57,109 nt of DNA from a virus. The stretch covers positions 1 through 57,109 of IMG/VR virus record IMGVR_UViG_3300029113_000006, one strand, 5' to 3'. Shown in pieces: positions 1 through 8,117 of this stretch (within the stretch, counting starts at the first letter, position 1; the number at the start of each line of letters is the position of its first letter). Below the pieces are notes generated by a model. That model was given only the letters and a program-made list of their open reading frames with translations, did not search any database and was not told the DNA's origin. Both the position numbers and the translations under genes were made by a program.

Positions 1-99
1 ATCTTATCCTGCGTGAAGTAGTCCATCATGCTGCGGAAGTTGGCGTTGCAGTTGTCCACGATGGCACGAGCGTTGTCTGCGATAGCCTGACGGGTAGCG
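1..99. repeat. Terminal overlap: 1-99 identical to 57011-57109 (circular assembly signature)
   Basis: Direct comparison of window ends; the minus-strand reading frame is preserved across the junction. Confidence 0.95.
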
Positions 100-686
100 C
101 AGTCCTGCTGTGCAATGGTGTACTTCAGGTCGCCGATGAGCTGCTTGTTTTCGCAGCAGCAAGATGCAAGCTGCGTCTGGATAGCGGTCTGACCCGCCTG
201 ACGTGCGTTGCCCTCCTGCATGATGGCAAGGCTGATGGCGTTGTCGCCGTTGGACACGCTGCGTTCCAGGCCGTTCACGAGCTGTGCGTTCTGGTAGCCA
301 AGCTGACAGATGGCGCTGTTCACGCCAGCAAAGCCGTTTGCAATGTTGGCGTTGAGGCCATTGATCTGTGCCAGCTGGTCATAGCCCAGAGAGCAGATAC
401 CGCTCTGAATGCCAGCCAGAGAACGGGAAGTGTCCTGCTGGTAGAAGCCCTCTGACAAAGCCGCACGAGTATCCGCGCCGCCCTGACCAGTTGCACCGGT
501 GCCCACCAGATAGGGGATGTAGCTGTTCATGCCGTTGTCACCGCCGTTCCGACCGTAGCCGTTTGTGCCCCAGCCGAAGATGATGGCGAGGATGATAACC
601 GCCCACAGACCTTCGTTGCCGAAGAATCCGCCGTTGTTATTGCCGCCGTCCTGCCCAGCCAGATAGCCAGTTGCAAAATCGTCCAT
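1..686 (-). CDS. Junction-spanning CDS, N-terminal 228 codons (ATG at 686; continues 57010->56827; 289 aa total): Gly/Asn-rich N-terminus, one TM helix, N/Q/A-rich region, CCC motif and C-terminal CCGC
   Basis: Hand translation MDDFATGYLAGQDGGNNNGGFFGNEGLWAVIILAIIFGWG...; AAAGGAG 7 nt upstream of the ATG; frame matches ORF 56827..57069 once the 99-bp overlap is removed. Confidence 0.7.
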   Translation of the reverse strand, partial: MDDFATGYLAGQDGGNNNGGFFGNEGLWAVIILAIIFGWGTNGYGRNGGDNGMNSYIPYLVGTGATGQGGADTRAALSEGFYQQDTSRSLAGIQSGICSLGYDQLAQINGLNANIANGFAGVNSAICQLGYQNAQLVNGLERSVSNGDNAISLAIMQEGNARQAGQTAIQTQLASCCCENKQLIGDLKYTIAQQDCATRQAIADNARAIVDNCNANFRSMMDYFTQDK

Positions 687-808
687 AACAAAACTCCTTT
701 CAGTTTTGCGTTATGCTATCCCACCGCCGTGTGCGATGGGCGAAGCCAAACAAAAGCGGTTTTTGTCAAGTCCGCAAAACTGAGAAGCGTTTCGCTTAGA
801 GGGATGCT

Positions 809-1060
809 TTATCGGGGCAGCGTCAGGTTCAGGGCGCTTGCCAGCTGGTTCAGGTCGATGCCGCGCTCTTTGGCGAGGTTCTGCGCCATCGTCCTGAGCT
901 GCGTTTCGTTTTTGCCCTGAATCAGGTTCAAGCCCTGCATGATAGGTGCGTTCTGCCCGCTCAACTGCTGGATAAGCCCCATTGGGTTCTGCCCCGCACG
1001 AGCAAGGTTTGCAAGCTGCATGATGGGACTATGCGTAATCACATCAAACGGAGAGGACAT
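809..1060 (-). CDS. Hypothetical 83-aa Q/N/L-rich protein (gene 2 of a five-gene accessory operon)
   Basis: ORF track; abuts the upstream gene (stop 1063, start 1060); no domain recognised. Confidence 0.6.
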   Translation of the reverse strand: MSSPFDVITHSPIMQLANLARAGQNPMGLIQQLSGQNAPIMQGLNLIQGKNETQLRTMAQNLAKERGIDLNQLASALNLTLPR

Positions 1061-1062
1061 TG

Positions 1063-1578
1063 TTATTCTCCTTTCTTCGCAGCGGCAGCGGGCTTAGAAA
1101 AGCTTTTCTGCCACTTTTCCAGTTCATCCAGCCTGTGGACGAGGGCGTTATACTCTTCAATGGGCACATACTGCTGTGTCGGTGCGGCGGTTTGCTGTGC
1201 CTGTTGTGCCTGCATCTGCCGCCACGCTTCCGGGCTGTAGAACTCCTGCACATAGGATTCGCAGGTGTCCGGGTTCAGCCGCTTGCAGTAGATCACACCG
1301 CTGCGCAAGTCTGGGCAGTAGGTCGGTCTACCGTACAGGTCAGACGGTATTGCAAGAAATTCCTCCCTGCTGGAAACAGGTCTGCCCAGCAGCCAACCGC
1401 CGTCCTGTACCGACTGCTGAACGGGCTGCTGCCCATTCATCGGCTGCGGACGCTGCTGTGCCTGCTGTATCTGCGTGTTCGGCAAGGGAGTTGCAAGCCC
1501 TACCGTGCCCATGCCACCGTACGGATTAACAGGCTGTTGCGGAACATAGGGCGCTCCGGGTGTCGGATAATAGCTCAT
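1063..1578 (-). CDS. Hypothetical 171-aa protein with Pro/Gln/Tyr-rich N-terminus and coiled-coil-like C-terminus (gene 1 of the five-gene operon)
   Basis: Start moved to ATG 1578, preceded by AAGGAGGG; MSYYPTPGAPYVPQQPVNPYGG... Confidence 0.65.
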   Translation of the reverse strand: MSYYPTPGAPYVPQQPVNPYGGMGTVGLATPLPNTQIQQAQQRPQPMNGQQPVQQSVQDGGWLLGRPVSSREEFLAIPSDLYGRPTYCPDLRSGVIYCKRLNPDTCESYVQEFYSPEAWRQMQAQQAQQTAAPTQQYVPIEEYNALVHRLDELEKWQKSFSKPAAAAKKGE

Positions 1579-1754
1579 AATACATCCCTCCTTGTGCATC
1601 CAGTGTACCGCATCAACAAAAAGCGAAGGACAACGAACGTCAAACGAAGGACAAAAAAGAAAAGCGCTTACACGGAAAAATCCGCATGAGCGCTTAAAGA
1701 TATAAATATACTTATATAAAATGATGCAAAAATAGAAAGTTTGAACGTTTTACT

Positions 1755-2057
1755 TTCAAAAAAATCCCCCCACTTTGCCTATAAAGTACCCCGCGTGAAA
1801 CGCAGGGCTTTGGCAAAGCAGGGGATTTTTTGTAAAATCAAGAGCGGAACCGCCCACAGGCAATGCCGCTCTCTACAAAGGCCGTAGCCTTTCAAGTCTA
1901 AAGGCGTCTCCCGCATGGTACGCACTATAAGTAGGCGGGCAGGAGACTGTTCAGCGCCGAATCTGGCGACTGCTTTTTTAATTCTCCGTTGAGCACGGAG
2001 TTAGCTCTTGGATGACCCGACCTAATGCGCATCGTTGAGAGGCCGGTCGGGTTTCCT
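1755..2057 (-). ncRNA. Candidate ~300-nt structured RNA or regulatory leader (promoter to intrinsic terminator) upstream of the five-gene operon
   Basis: Six or more GC-rich hairpins, mutually exclusive GCCUUU/AAAGGC/GCCUUU pairings, no ORF or RBS; bounded by an extended -10 and a T7-tailed hairpin. Confidence 0.4.
1758..1831. terminator. Long branched hairpin flanked by A7 and T7 runs (bidirectional intrinsic terminator)
   Basis: AAAAAAATCCCC...GGGGATTTTTT outer stem with nested CTTTGCC/GGCAAAG and CGCGT/ACGCAG stems. Confidence 0.6.
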
Positions 2058-2064
2058 TGGGTAT

Positions 2065-2073
2065 ATTATACCA
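2065..2073 (-). promoter_or_regulatory. Extended -10 promoter element TGGTATAAT (minus strand)
   Basis: Reverse complement of attataccа-region 'attatacca' reads TGGTATAAT; lies just downstream of the late-operon terminator. Confidence 0.45.
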
Positions 2074-2089
2074 CAAATCGTGTAAAAAG

Positions 2090-2121
2090 AAAAGCGGCAG
2101 ACCCGAAAGCCTGCCGCTTTT
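2090..2121. terminator. Intrinsic terminator ending the late/lysis/fibre operon
   Basis: AAAAGCGGCAG-acccgaaagc-CTGCCGCTTTT; T-run on the minus strand (ctgccgcttttcttttt). Confidence 0.7.
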
Positions 2122-2170
2122 GGATAACCAGAGCAAAAACTCCGACTAATCTCTAGACAAGATTAGTATA

Positions 2171-2404
2171 TCACGCATCCAGCATTTTGTAAATACCTTT
2201 CAGCCGGTAGCCTATCGCCGTCCGGCTGTAATGTGTCTGTGCTGCAATGTCCGGCAGCGGAAGCCGCTCAACGTACCGCAGTAAGGCTATCTTACGGTCT
2301 ACCCTCCCAAGCGGCGCACGTTTTATCACAGCTTTTATCTGTTCTGCATTAAGCCCTTGCAACGCTGGCGGAAAGACTACACGAGCCGCCGCCACAGGCA
2401 GCAC
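2171..2404 (-). CDS. Small HTH protein resembling sigma-70 region 4 / LuxR-type DNA-binding domain
   Basis: ...RKIALLRYVERLPLPDIAAQTHYSRTAIGYRLKGIYKMLDA; start uncertain because it overlaps the upstream ORF. Confidence 0.5.
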   Translation of the reverse strand: MLPVAAARVVFPPALQGLNAEQIKAVIKRAPLGRVDRKIALLRYVERLPLPDIAAQTHYSRTAIGYRLKGIYKMLDA

Positions 2405-2588
2405 CGAGCCAGAAGGGCTGCGGCAACTGTCCGGCGTTGCGCACCATTACGGTGACGTTACCGAGATGGTATGTTTTCGTGAGGTCGCGAAAACATGCGC
2501 AGACCATTTTCGTGACGTGCCGAAATTGCTCTTGTGCGGCGTACATTTTGTTGGTGTCAACAAAATGCTCGTATGTAGTGCTACTCAT
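2349..2588 (-). CDS. Hypothetical protein (C-terminal part may be out-of-frame overlap)
   Basis: ORF track; in an operon with flanking small genes. Confidence 0.4.
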   Translation of the reverse strand: MSSTTYEHFVDTNKMYAAQEQFRHVTKMVCACFRDLTKTYHLGNVTVMVRNAGQLPQPFWLGAACGGGSCSLSASVARA

Positions 2589-2592
2589 GGTT

Positions 2593-2799
2593 TTACTCCT
2601 TGCTATCCAAAACGATTACTGCGTACACGCGGAGGCTTTCCAGCTTTTTGATAACAGCCTTATAAGTTGCTTCCGTTGCGATGTGCGCGATGCGCTCCAG
2701 CTCGTTGTTCTCTTTTGATGCAGCGATAATTTCATCCGCAGATATGCGTTTCATGGATTCAATCAGATCGAGCAAATCTTCGATATTTACTGCGTTCAT
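2593..2799 (-). CDS. Hypothetical 68-aa protein
   Basis: ORF track, tightly packed. Confidence 0.5.
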   Translation of the reverse strand: MNAVNIEDLLDLIESMKRISADEIIAASKENNELERIAHIATEATYKAVIKKLESLRVYAVIVLDSKE

Positions 2800-2812
2800 G
2801 CGTTATGTCTCC

Positions 2813-3037
2813 TTACAGCGTGATTTCCTCAGCGTTTGCCTTGTCCTCCGCGTCCAGTGCGTCATAGTACGCCTGCGCAAGGGCTTCCACCTCTGCGATG
2901 TCATCTGCGGTCAGCAGTCCGTTGTCGTAGTGCATGTATGCTTTATCCAGCCAGAACGCAACATCGCGTCCTGCTGCAATTTCCCGCTTGATGGAGCGCA
3001 GAGTCAAATCGTGTCGGGCTTTGCCTTTGATTGCCAT
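2813..3037 (-). CDS. Hypothetical 74-aa protein downstream of the fibre gene
   Basis: ORF track; position typical of small fibre-associated proteins. Confidence 0.5.
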   Translation of the reverse strand: MAIKGKARHDLTLRSIKREIAAGRDVAFWLDKAYMHYDNGLLTADDIAEVEALAQAYYDALDAEDKANAEEITL

Positions 3038-3051
3038 ATGTATGTACCTCC

Positions 3052-5073
3052 TTATGTGTCGGTCATTGACGCTACTGCGTCCTCAAGGTCAGTAATGCGT
3101 TTGATGGGGTCTGCTCTGCCGGTAACGGTTGCACTGTTCGCGTCGGTCATCAGGGTGTTCACGCCGGGGAGGGCGGGGATAGGCTGTGCGCCTGTCGCGG
3201 TAAACGGCACCGGCTCTGCGAGCTTGTAGACGATTTGCACCGGAGTACCAGCGGCGTATTGAGCGGCGAGAAGCGCTTTCCACTCATCAAGTGCGTATTT
3301 TTTAGCCATTGCCGACCCAAGGTAGATATTGAAGGAGTCAACAAAAAGACTGTCACCACCATAATTGTAGCGATACAGAAAATGACTGCATACGCCATTT
3401 AACGGAATATTTATTTTAGTGGTTGCTCTGTCCAATACGATATAATTATCGTCTTTCTTCCAGTTTTCTTCTCCGGTTAATGTTAGGACATCGTATAGAT
3501 TTTGGCCCTCTCCCGTCACTGCGTCCACCTCGCCGCCGTAGATGGTGCGGGGCAGGGTCAGGATGGCGGTTTGGCCGGTGTAGGGGGTGTATTCGGTGGG
3601 GGCGGTGGTGCCAGGAACAACTTCGATTTGGAATTTGAAGTTGTTGAATACTGTATTTGCTCGCCAGCATTGCAGCATAAAAACAAGCTCGGTTTCTGCC
3701 AGCGCAGCATCGCTTGCAATATACGCATTAAGGTTTGTGCTGCGTGTATCACCACAGAAGTAACGATTATAATCCTGCGTGAACAGCGAATAGGCAAAAG
3801 TAATGCCGTCACCGCTTCCAAGAGAGGCACTGCCGCCCACCTTCTTGACGTACATGGTGTAGGTTTTTCCCGCAACCCAATGCAGCCGACACATTCCAAT
3901 TATGATATTGGCTTCGCGAGTTAATGCTCCGTTAAGCGTAATATTTTTTTCTGCGTCTACTGTTATTTTAACGCTTTCATGGGAATCATTTGTTCTTAAA
4001 AACTCAATAACATTCCCCCCGCACCGCTCCACGCTCACCGTCTCCCGCCCGGAAATAGGCCGGATATTGTCAGGGGACGGCTCACCGCTGCCATCCTGCG
4101 TCGGCTCCCAGCTCACCTTACAGCCCAGCGGATATCCCGCCACCGGGTAACACTGCACCGGGTTGCCGGTCTCGTCTAGCGGCGGGCAGAGCATATCCAC
4201 GATGTGCTTGCTACTCCATGCGTCGGTGCCGACTGTGGTGTCATCTATGACTGCTTTGGTCGCCAGCGCATCGCCGGTCACTTTAGCGTCAGCTGCCTTG
4301 CCGCTCTGGCTCAGGGTGTCGTCCACGGTGGCGTCTTTGCCGGGTGCGCCAGCAGGGCCCACCTCACCGGTCTCGCCCTTCTCGCCCTGCGGCCCCTGTT
4401 CACCACGAGGGCCAGTTTCACCCTGAGGGCCAGTGGATCCGGTAGCGCCTGTGGGGCCTTGTGGGCCTGTCTCACCCTGCGGGCCGATGGGGCCAGTGTC
4501 GCCTTTGTCACCCTTCTCGCCTTTGAAGTCACCAGCGGCAATGCCGTCCTTCAGCTCCTGTAAGCTGTCAGCGGCTTCCTGAGCGCTCTGAGCTGCATTG
4601 CCCGCACTGGTGGCTGCTTCACTGGCGGCGGTCTGCGCATTGGTCTTGGCCTGCTCTGCGGCGGTGGCATCTTTGTGCACGGCATCCATTAGCTGCTGCC
4701 ATGCAGGGGTGCCCGGTTCCGGCGTGGTGCCGTCCTCTGTGCCGCTGTTGGTGCTGACACGATACTGCAGGTCTGAGCTGGTCACGGTCTTGGTGCCGTC
4801 GCTTCCCTCAAAGGTGATGCACCCGGTGCCGGGCTGTGCGGTCACACTGGCTGGCACATCCAAATAACCGTCCACCACCAGCGAGGACGCCGGGTCTTTG
4901 CCGCCCGGGACGTGCCAGAAAGCCCGGATGGTCAGGCCCTCCCACTCGCCGGTGGCAGTGACGGAAAGGCGGTACACGCCCCGGTTTTTGGTGTAGCCAA
5001 AGCGCACCAGCTGCTCATAGCCCGGCACTTTGACGACGCCATTGGATGCGAGAGATACGCTTTGCTCGATCAT
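3052..5073 (-). CDS. Collagen-like tail fibre protein (673 aa)
   Basis: About 25 Gly-X-Y triplets ([28 protein letters not shown]...) followed by a globular C-terminal domain. Confidence 0.8.
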   Translation of the reverse strand: MIEQSVSLASNGVVKVPGYEQLVRFGYTKNRGVYRLSVTATGEWEGLTIRAFWHVPGGKDPASSLVVDGYLDVPASVTAQPGTGCITFEGSDGTKTVTSSDLQYRVSTNSGTEDGTTPEPGTPAWQQLMDAVHKDATAAEQAKTNAQTAASEAATSAGNAAQSAQEAADSLQELKDGIAAGDFKGEKGDKGDTGPIGPQGETGPQGPTGATGSTGPQGETGPRGEQGPQGEKGETGEVGPAGAPGKDATVDDTLSQSGKAADAKVTGDALATKAVIDDTTVGTDAWSSKHIVDMLCPPLDETGNPVQCYPVAGYPLGCKVSWEPTQDGSGEPSPDNIRPISGRETVSVERCGGNVIEFLRTNDSHESVKITVDAEKNITLNGALTREANIIIGMCRLHWVAGKTYTMYVKKVGGSASLGSGDGITFAYSLFTQDYNRYFCGDTRSTNLNAYIASDAALAETELVFMLQCWRANTVFNNFKFQIEVVPGTTAPTEYTPYTGQTAILTLPRTIYGGEVDAVTGEGQNLYDVLTLTGEENWKKDDNYIVLDRATTKINIPLNGVCSHFLYRYNYGGDSLFVDSFNIYLGSAMAKKYALDEWKALLAAQYAAGTPVQIVYKLAEPVPFTATGAQPIPALPGVNTLMTDANSATVTGRADPIKRITDLEDAVASMTDT

Positions 5074-5076
5074 GGG

Positions 5077-5412
5077 TTACTCCTTGTTGATGGTAGGCTT
5101 CTTTTCTGCCAGTGCCTTCTTCATCAGGCTTACGGCCTTTTCAATCACCGCGTCAAGCACTTCATCCGTGATGATAGGCTTCAGCCATGCAGGGCAGGCC
5201 GCACGCAGCGCGTCAAAGACCTGCTTCTTTTTCTTTGCGCCCTGGCCGCTGCCCATGATGCTGTCCTCGGCCTTGCACACGAGGTCATAGGCCAGATCTT
5301 TGACAAGCTGCTTATAGCCCATGCGGATAGCGCCGACAGCCAAAGCCACAAAGCCGACGATAATAAGAACGATTGCGACGGGGGCGGGGATGAAATTAAG
5401 AATTGCTGCCAT
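5077..5412 (-). CDS. Holin (LL-H-like: N-terminal TM helix, charged C-terminus)
   Basis: MAAILNFIPAPVAIVLIIVGFVALAVGAI...; adjacent to the endolysin. Confidence 0.6.
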   Translation of the reverse strand: MAAILNFIPAPVAIVLIIVGFVALAVGAIRMGYKQLVKDLAYDLVCKAEDSIMGSGQGAKKKKQVFDALRAACPAWLKPIITDEVLDAVIEKAVSLMKKALAEKKPTINKE

Positions 5413-5785
5413 GTTTCGTTACTCCTTCTGTCAAATAGTTGTCAATTTCGGCCTTGCTTTTCTGCATGGCCTGAACGTTATTTCCGGTGAGCTGCGCTTC
5501 CAGCAAAGCACGCACGGCCTGCAGGGTTAGGCGGTTCACTTCGTCGATGTCTCCAAAGCGGCTCAAATCGCGGGAAAGTGCCGCTGTGTGCTGGGTATAG
5601 CCGGTTTCCAGTGCGCCAACACGCCGGTCAAGGTCGTCAAGGCGCTTGTTCTGCGCATCGTCGGGGGCCTGTGCCTTTTTGACGTACTTGTGGATGATGT
5701 CCAGCACCTTGTCGATGGTGATGGCCGCAGCGCACAGGCTGCCCAGGATGCCCAGCACCCACAGTAGAGCTTCTCTTTCGGTCAT
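5396..5785 (-). CDS. Membrane-anchored coiled-coil protein of the lysis cassette
   Basis: Start ATG 5785 overlaps the endolysin stop (ATGA); one TM helix (LLWVLGILGSLCAAAITI) followed by coiled coil. Confidence 0.5.
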   Translation of the reverse strand: MTEREALLWVLGILGSLCAAAITIDKVLDIIHKYVKKAQAPDDAQNKRLDDLDRRVGALETGYTQHTAALSRDLSRFGDIDEVNRLTLQAVRALLEAQLTGNNVQAMQKSKAEIDNYLTEGVTKHGSNS

Positions 5786-6468
5786 TTGCCCTCCCGGAGA
5801 CGGGTCAGGCCCTTCTTGCAAATGATCTTCGGGTAGTTGCGTGTGGTCACATTGAGGTCAACGTGACCGGAAATGCCCGGCACAGCGCCCTTGCTGGTGT
5901 GCTGGTGGGCGTTGTACTTAAAACTAACCTTGGGGGTCTTGCCGGTGTAGTCCGCCAGCCATACGTCCCACCGCCCTGCAAGCCTTGCCATGTCCAGATG
6001 GACGTTTGCGTAGCTCGTGTAGGTGTAGAGTTGGGCGAAGAAGCCCATCTTCTCAATCTGTTCCAGATGGTAGGCTGCCAGATTGGATAAGTTCCCATAG
6101 GGCATCCCGGCAAGAATCGGCGATTCCAGATCCACTGCCACCGGCATGGTCATCTCTTTCCCAACCAGGGTCTTCCGCAGCACGGCAAGCTCCCGGTTTG
6201 CCATCTCCTCACTGGTGGCGTTGGTGTAGTAGTATGCCCCCACATCCAGCCCAGCTGCCTTTGCGTTGGAATAGTTGCCCTCGAAGGTGGGGTCGATGTA
6301 GGGTACACCGTTGCGGCTCCCTACGGCCCGCAGCATCACGCCTTTGTAGCCTGCCGCTTTTACCTGCGCCCAGCCCTCCATTTTGATTTTTCCCTGCCAC
6401 CGGCTTACGTCGATGTAGCGGTAGGGCGGTGCTCCCGTCCACTCGGTCACCTCAGTCACAGATGCCAT
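5782..6468 (-). CDS. Endolysin, GH25 muramidase
   Basis: YIDVSRWQG..., VAVDLE, GAYYY motifs; AGGAGG precedes ATG 6468; the ORF stays open upstream to 6600. Confidence 0.85.
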   Translation of the reverse strand: MASVTEVTEWTGAPPYRYIDVSRWQGKIKMEGWAQVKAAGYKGVMLRAVGSRNGVPYIDPTFEGNYSNAKAAGLDVGAYYYTNATSEEMANRELAVLRKTLVGKEMTMPVAVDLESPILAGMPYGNLSNLAAYHLEQIEKMGFFAQLYTYTSYANVHLDMARLAGRWDVWLADYTGKTPKVSFKYNAHQHTSKGAVPGISGHVDLNVTTRNYPKIICKKGLTRLREGK

Positions 6469-6589
6469 TGTGTCCTCCTGTTCTGCCTGTTCTTCTGCCA
6501 AAGCGGCAAAGAACCGGCTCAAAAAGTTGAAAAGTGCGGTCAAAAATGTGTTGTTTATTGCGATCACCCCCAATGTCAAAGAGTAGGCA

Positions 6590-7660
6590 TTAAGTGCCAT
6601 GCGCGGCCTGGGTCTCGGTCAGCAGTTCGGCAAGGGTGGGATAGTGGTAGCCGGTGAATACAACCGATACAGTATTCATCGTATTGGTAAGGGTACATTC
6701 AAGACGTTTTTTGTCGGCCGAAAATAATACTGTGACCGTGAGACTTCCCGCGCTAGAAATGTGAGCTTCATATGTCATACCAGGGGTAAGATTAAAATCA
6801 GCTTCGTTTACGCGGAGGTTAACGTAATCTACACCGTCCTGAACGTTAATTGTCTCAGTTTTTCTCCTCCCAATCGTTGTTTTTCCGCTCCACACCAGCC
6901 GCGCCTCCGACTTTACCGCCACGGCGGCAGCGATCTTGTCATTGAGCGTTTTGGCGCTGAGGGTGCCGTCCGGGGCGATGTCCAGGTAGTCGCCCACCTT
7001 CACGCCGCCCAGCAAGGTAGCAGTGGCGGGGCGAAGGGGCATGTACTGCTCAAGCAGCTGCCTGATCTGGTTTTGCGTCAGGTAGTCTGACAGATCCACC
7101 TCTTTGCGGGTATCGACCCACGCGCCGGTGTCACCGTCCCACGTCCAAATGGTGTCCGTAGTACCAACGACTGCCCACCAGCCATTTTCGCCTATAGGAA
7201 CAGCGGCTTTCAGAGCTTCCGGCGTGGCGTACCACCCCTGTGCACCGATGGTGATGGTGCGGACCTGCTCAAAGTATTCTTTTGTGCCCTGCAAATAAAT
7301 AGCAGACTGAGATTCCGAACGCTTTGAATTGGTTTCGCTTGTCTTGGCAGCAGCAGCAGACAAAGCTGCATTTTCAGAGTCTGCTTTTACAATTGCAGAA
7401 ACGTCTTTTGCGGCATTTTTTGCAGCCTGTTCTGCTTTTGCACGTTCTTCCGCAGCGGAATTTGCCGCCGAAACGGCTTCCTCTTTTGCGTTGATGGCAC
7501 CTGCAACTGTACTCAGCTCATTTAAAGTGGATGCGTTGATTGGTGTGCCGTCCTTTATGGGCTCGTCGTTTCGGACGAGCGTTACAACTTCAGACGACCC
7601 ATCCTCATGGACTAACGTCCACCTGCCAGGATATTTTGATATGCGGTCTTCAAAAACCAT
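6590..7660 (-). CDS. Tail fibre / receptor-binding protein candidate
   Basis: 356 aa, Ala-rich coiled coil then beta-rich C-terminus; position after the tail-tip genes. Confidence 0.55.
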   Translation of the reverse strand: MVFEDRISKYPGRWTLVHEDGSSEVVTLVRNDEPIKDGTPINASTLNELSTVAGAINAKEEAVSAANSAAEERAKAEQAAKNAAKDVSAIVKADSENAALSAAAAKTSETNSKRSESQSAIYLQGTKEYFEQVRTITIGAQGWYATPEALKAAVPIGENGWWAVVGTTDTIWTWDGDTGAWVDTRKEVDLSDYLTQNQIRQLLEQYMPLRPATATLLGGVKVGDYLDIAPDGTLSAKTLNDKIAAAVAVKSEARLVWSGKTTIGRRKTETINVQDGVDYVNLRVNEADFNLTPGMTYEAHISSAGSLTVTVLFSADKKRLECTLTNTMNTVSVVFTGYHYPTLAELLTETQAAHGT

Positions 7661-8108
7661 ATTGGTCCTCCCCAGCCATGTATTCGCCAGAAAAAGTAAC
7701 GTAAGTTTTGGCGATCGATTCTATGTCTGACAAAATGCTTTCAAGTTGGTTCATTGTCTCGAATCCGAGCCTATCCATAGACGTCGGTGTCGGCGCAGTT
7801 TTGGCGTCTCCTGAGTTTTTAGAACGAATAGATTCGATATTTGACAGCCACCTAGCAGCATCCGACGTGGTAAGATACCCGTTTATGTTCCAGTCCGTCT
7901 TGACATCTACGTCCGCACCGAGAAGTGAAGCAAGCTCTGATATGCCGGTTTCTATTCTCGAAAAATCTCTGTAGTCAAGAGCCCCTTTCATACCGGAAAG
8001 CCACTCCGCTTTTTCCTCATCTGTCCAGGTCCCGTTCACGGCTTTGCCGTAAATGAACTTTAGGCGGTCAACATCGTCTTGGCTTCTGTCTGTAATCCAA
8101 ATCGCCAT
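7650..8108 (-). CDS. Tail-associated protein
   Basis: ORF track; lies between the tail-tip and fibre genes. Confidence 0.45.
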   Translation of the reverse strand: MAIWITDRSQDDVDRLKFIYGKAVNGTWTDEEKAEWLSGMKGALDYRDFSRIETGISELASLLGADVDVKTDWNINGYLTTSDAARWLSNIESIRSKNSGDAKTAPTPTSMDRLGFETMNQLESILSDIESIAKTYVTFSGEYMAGEDQYGF

Positions 8109-8117
8109 AGTCCCTCC

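Noticed and set aside
3052-5073. Diversity-generating retroelement targeting the fibre C-terminus
   Set aside because: There is no reverse transcriptase and no template/variable repeat pair anywhere in the window.
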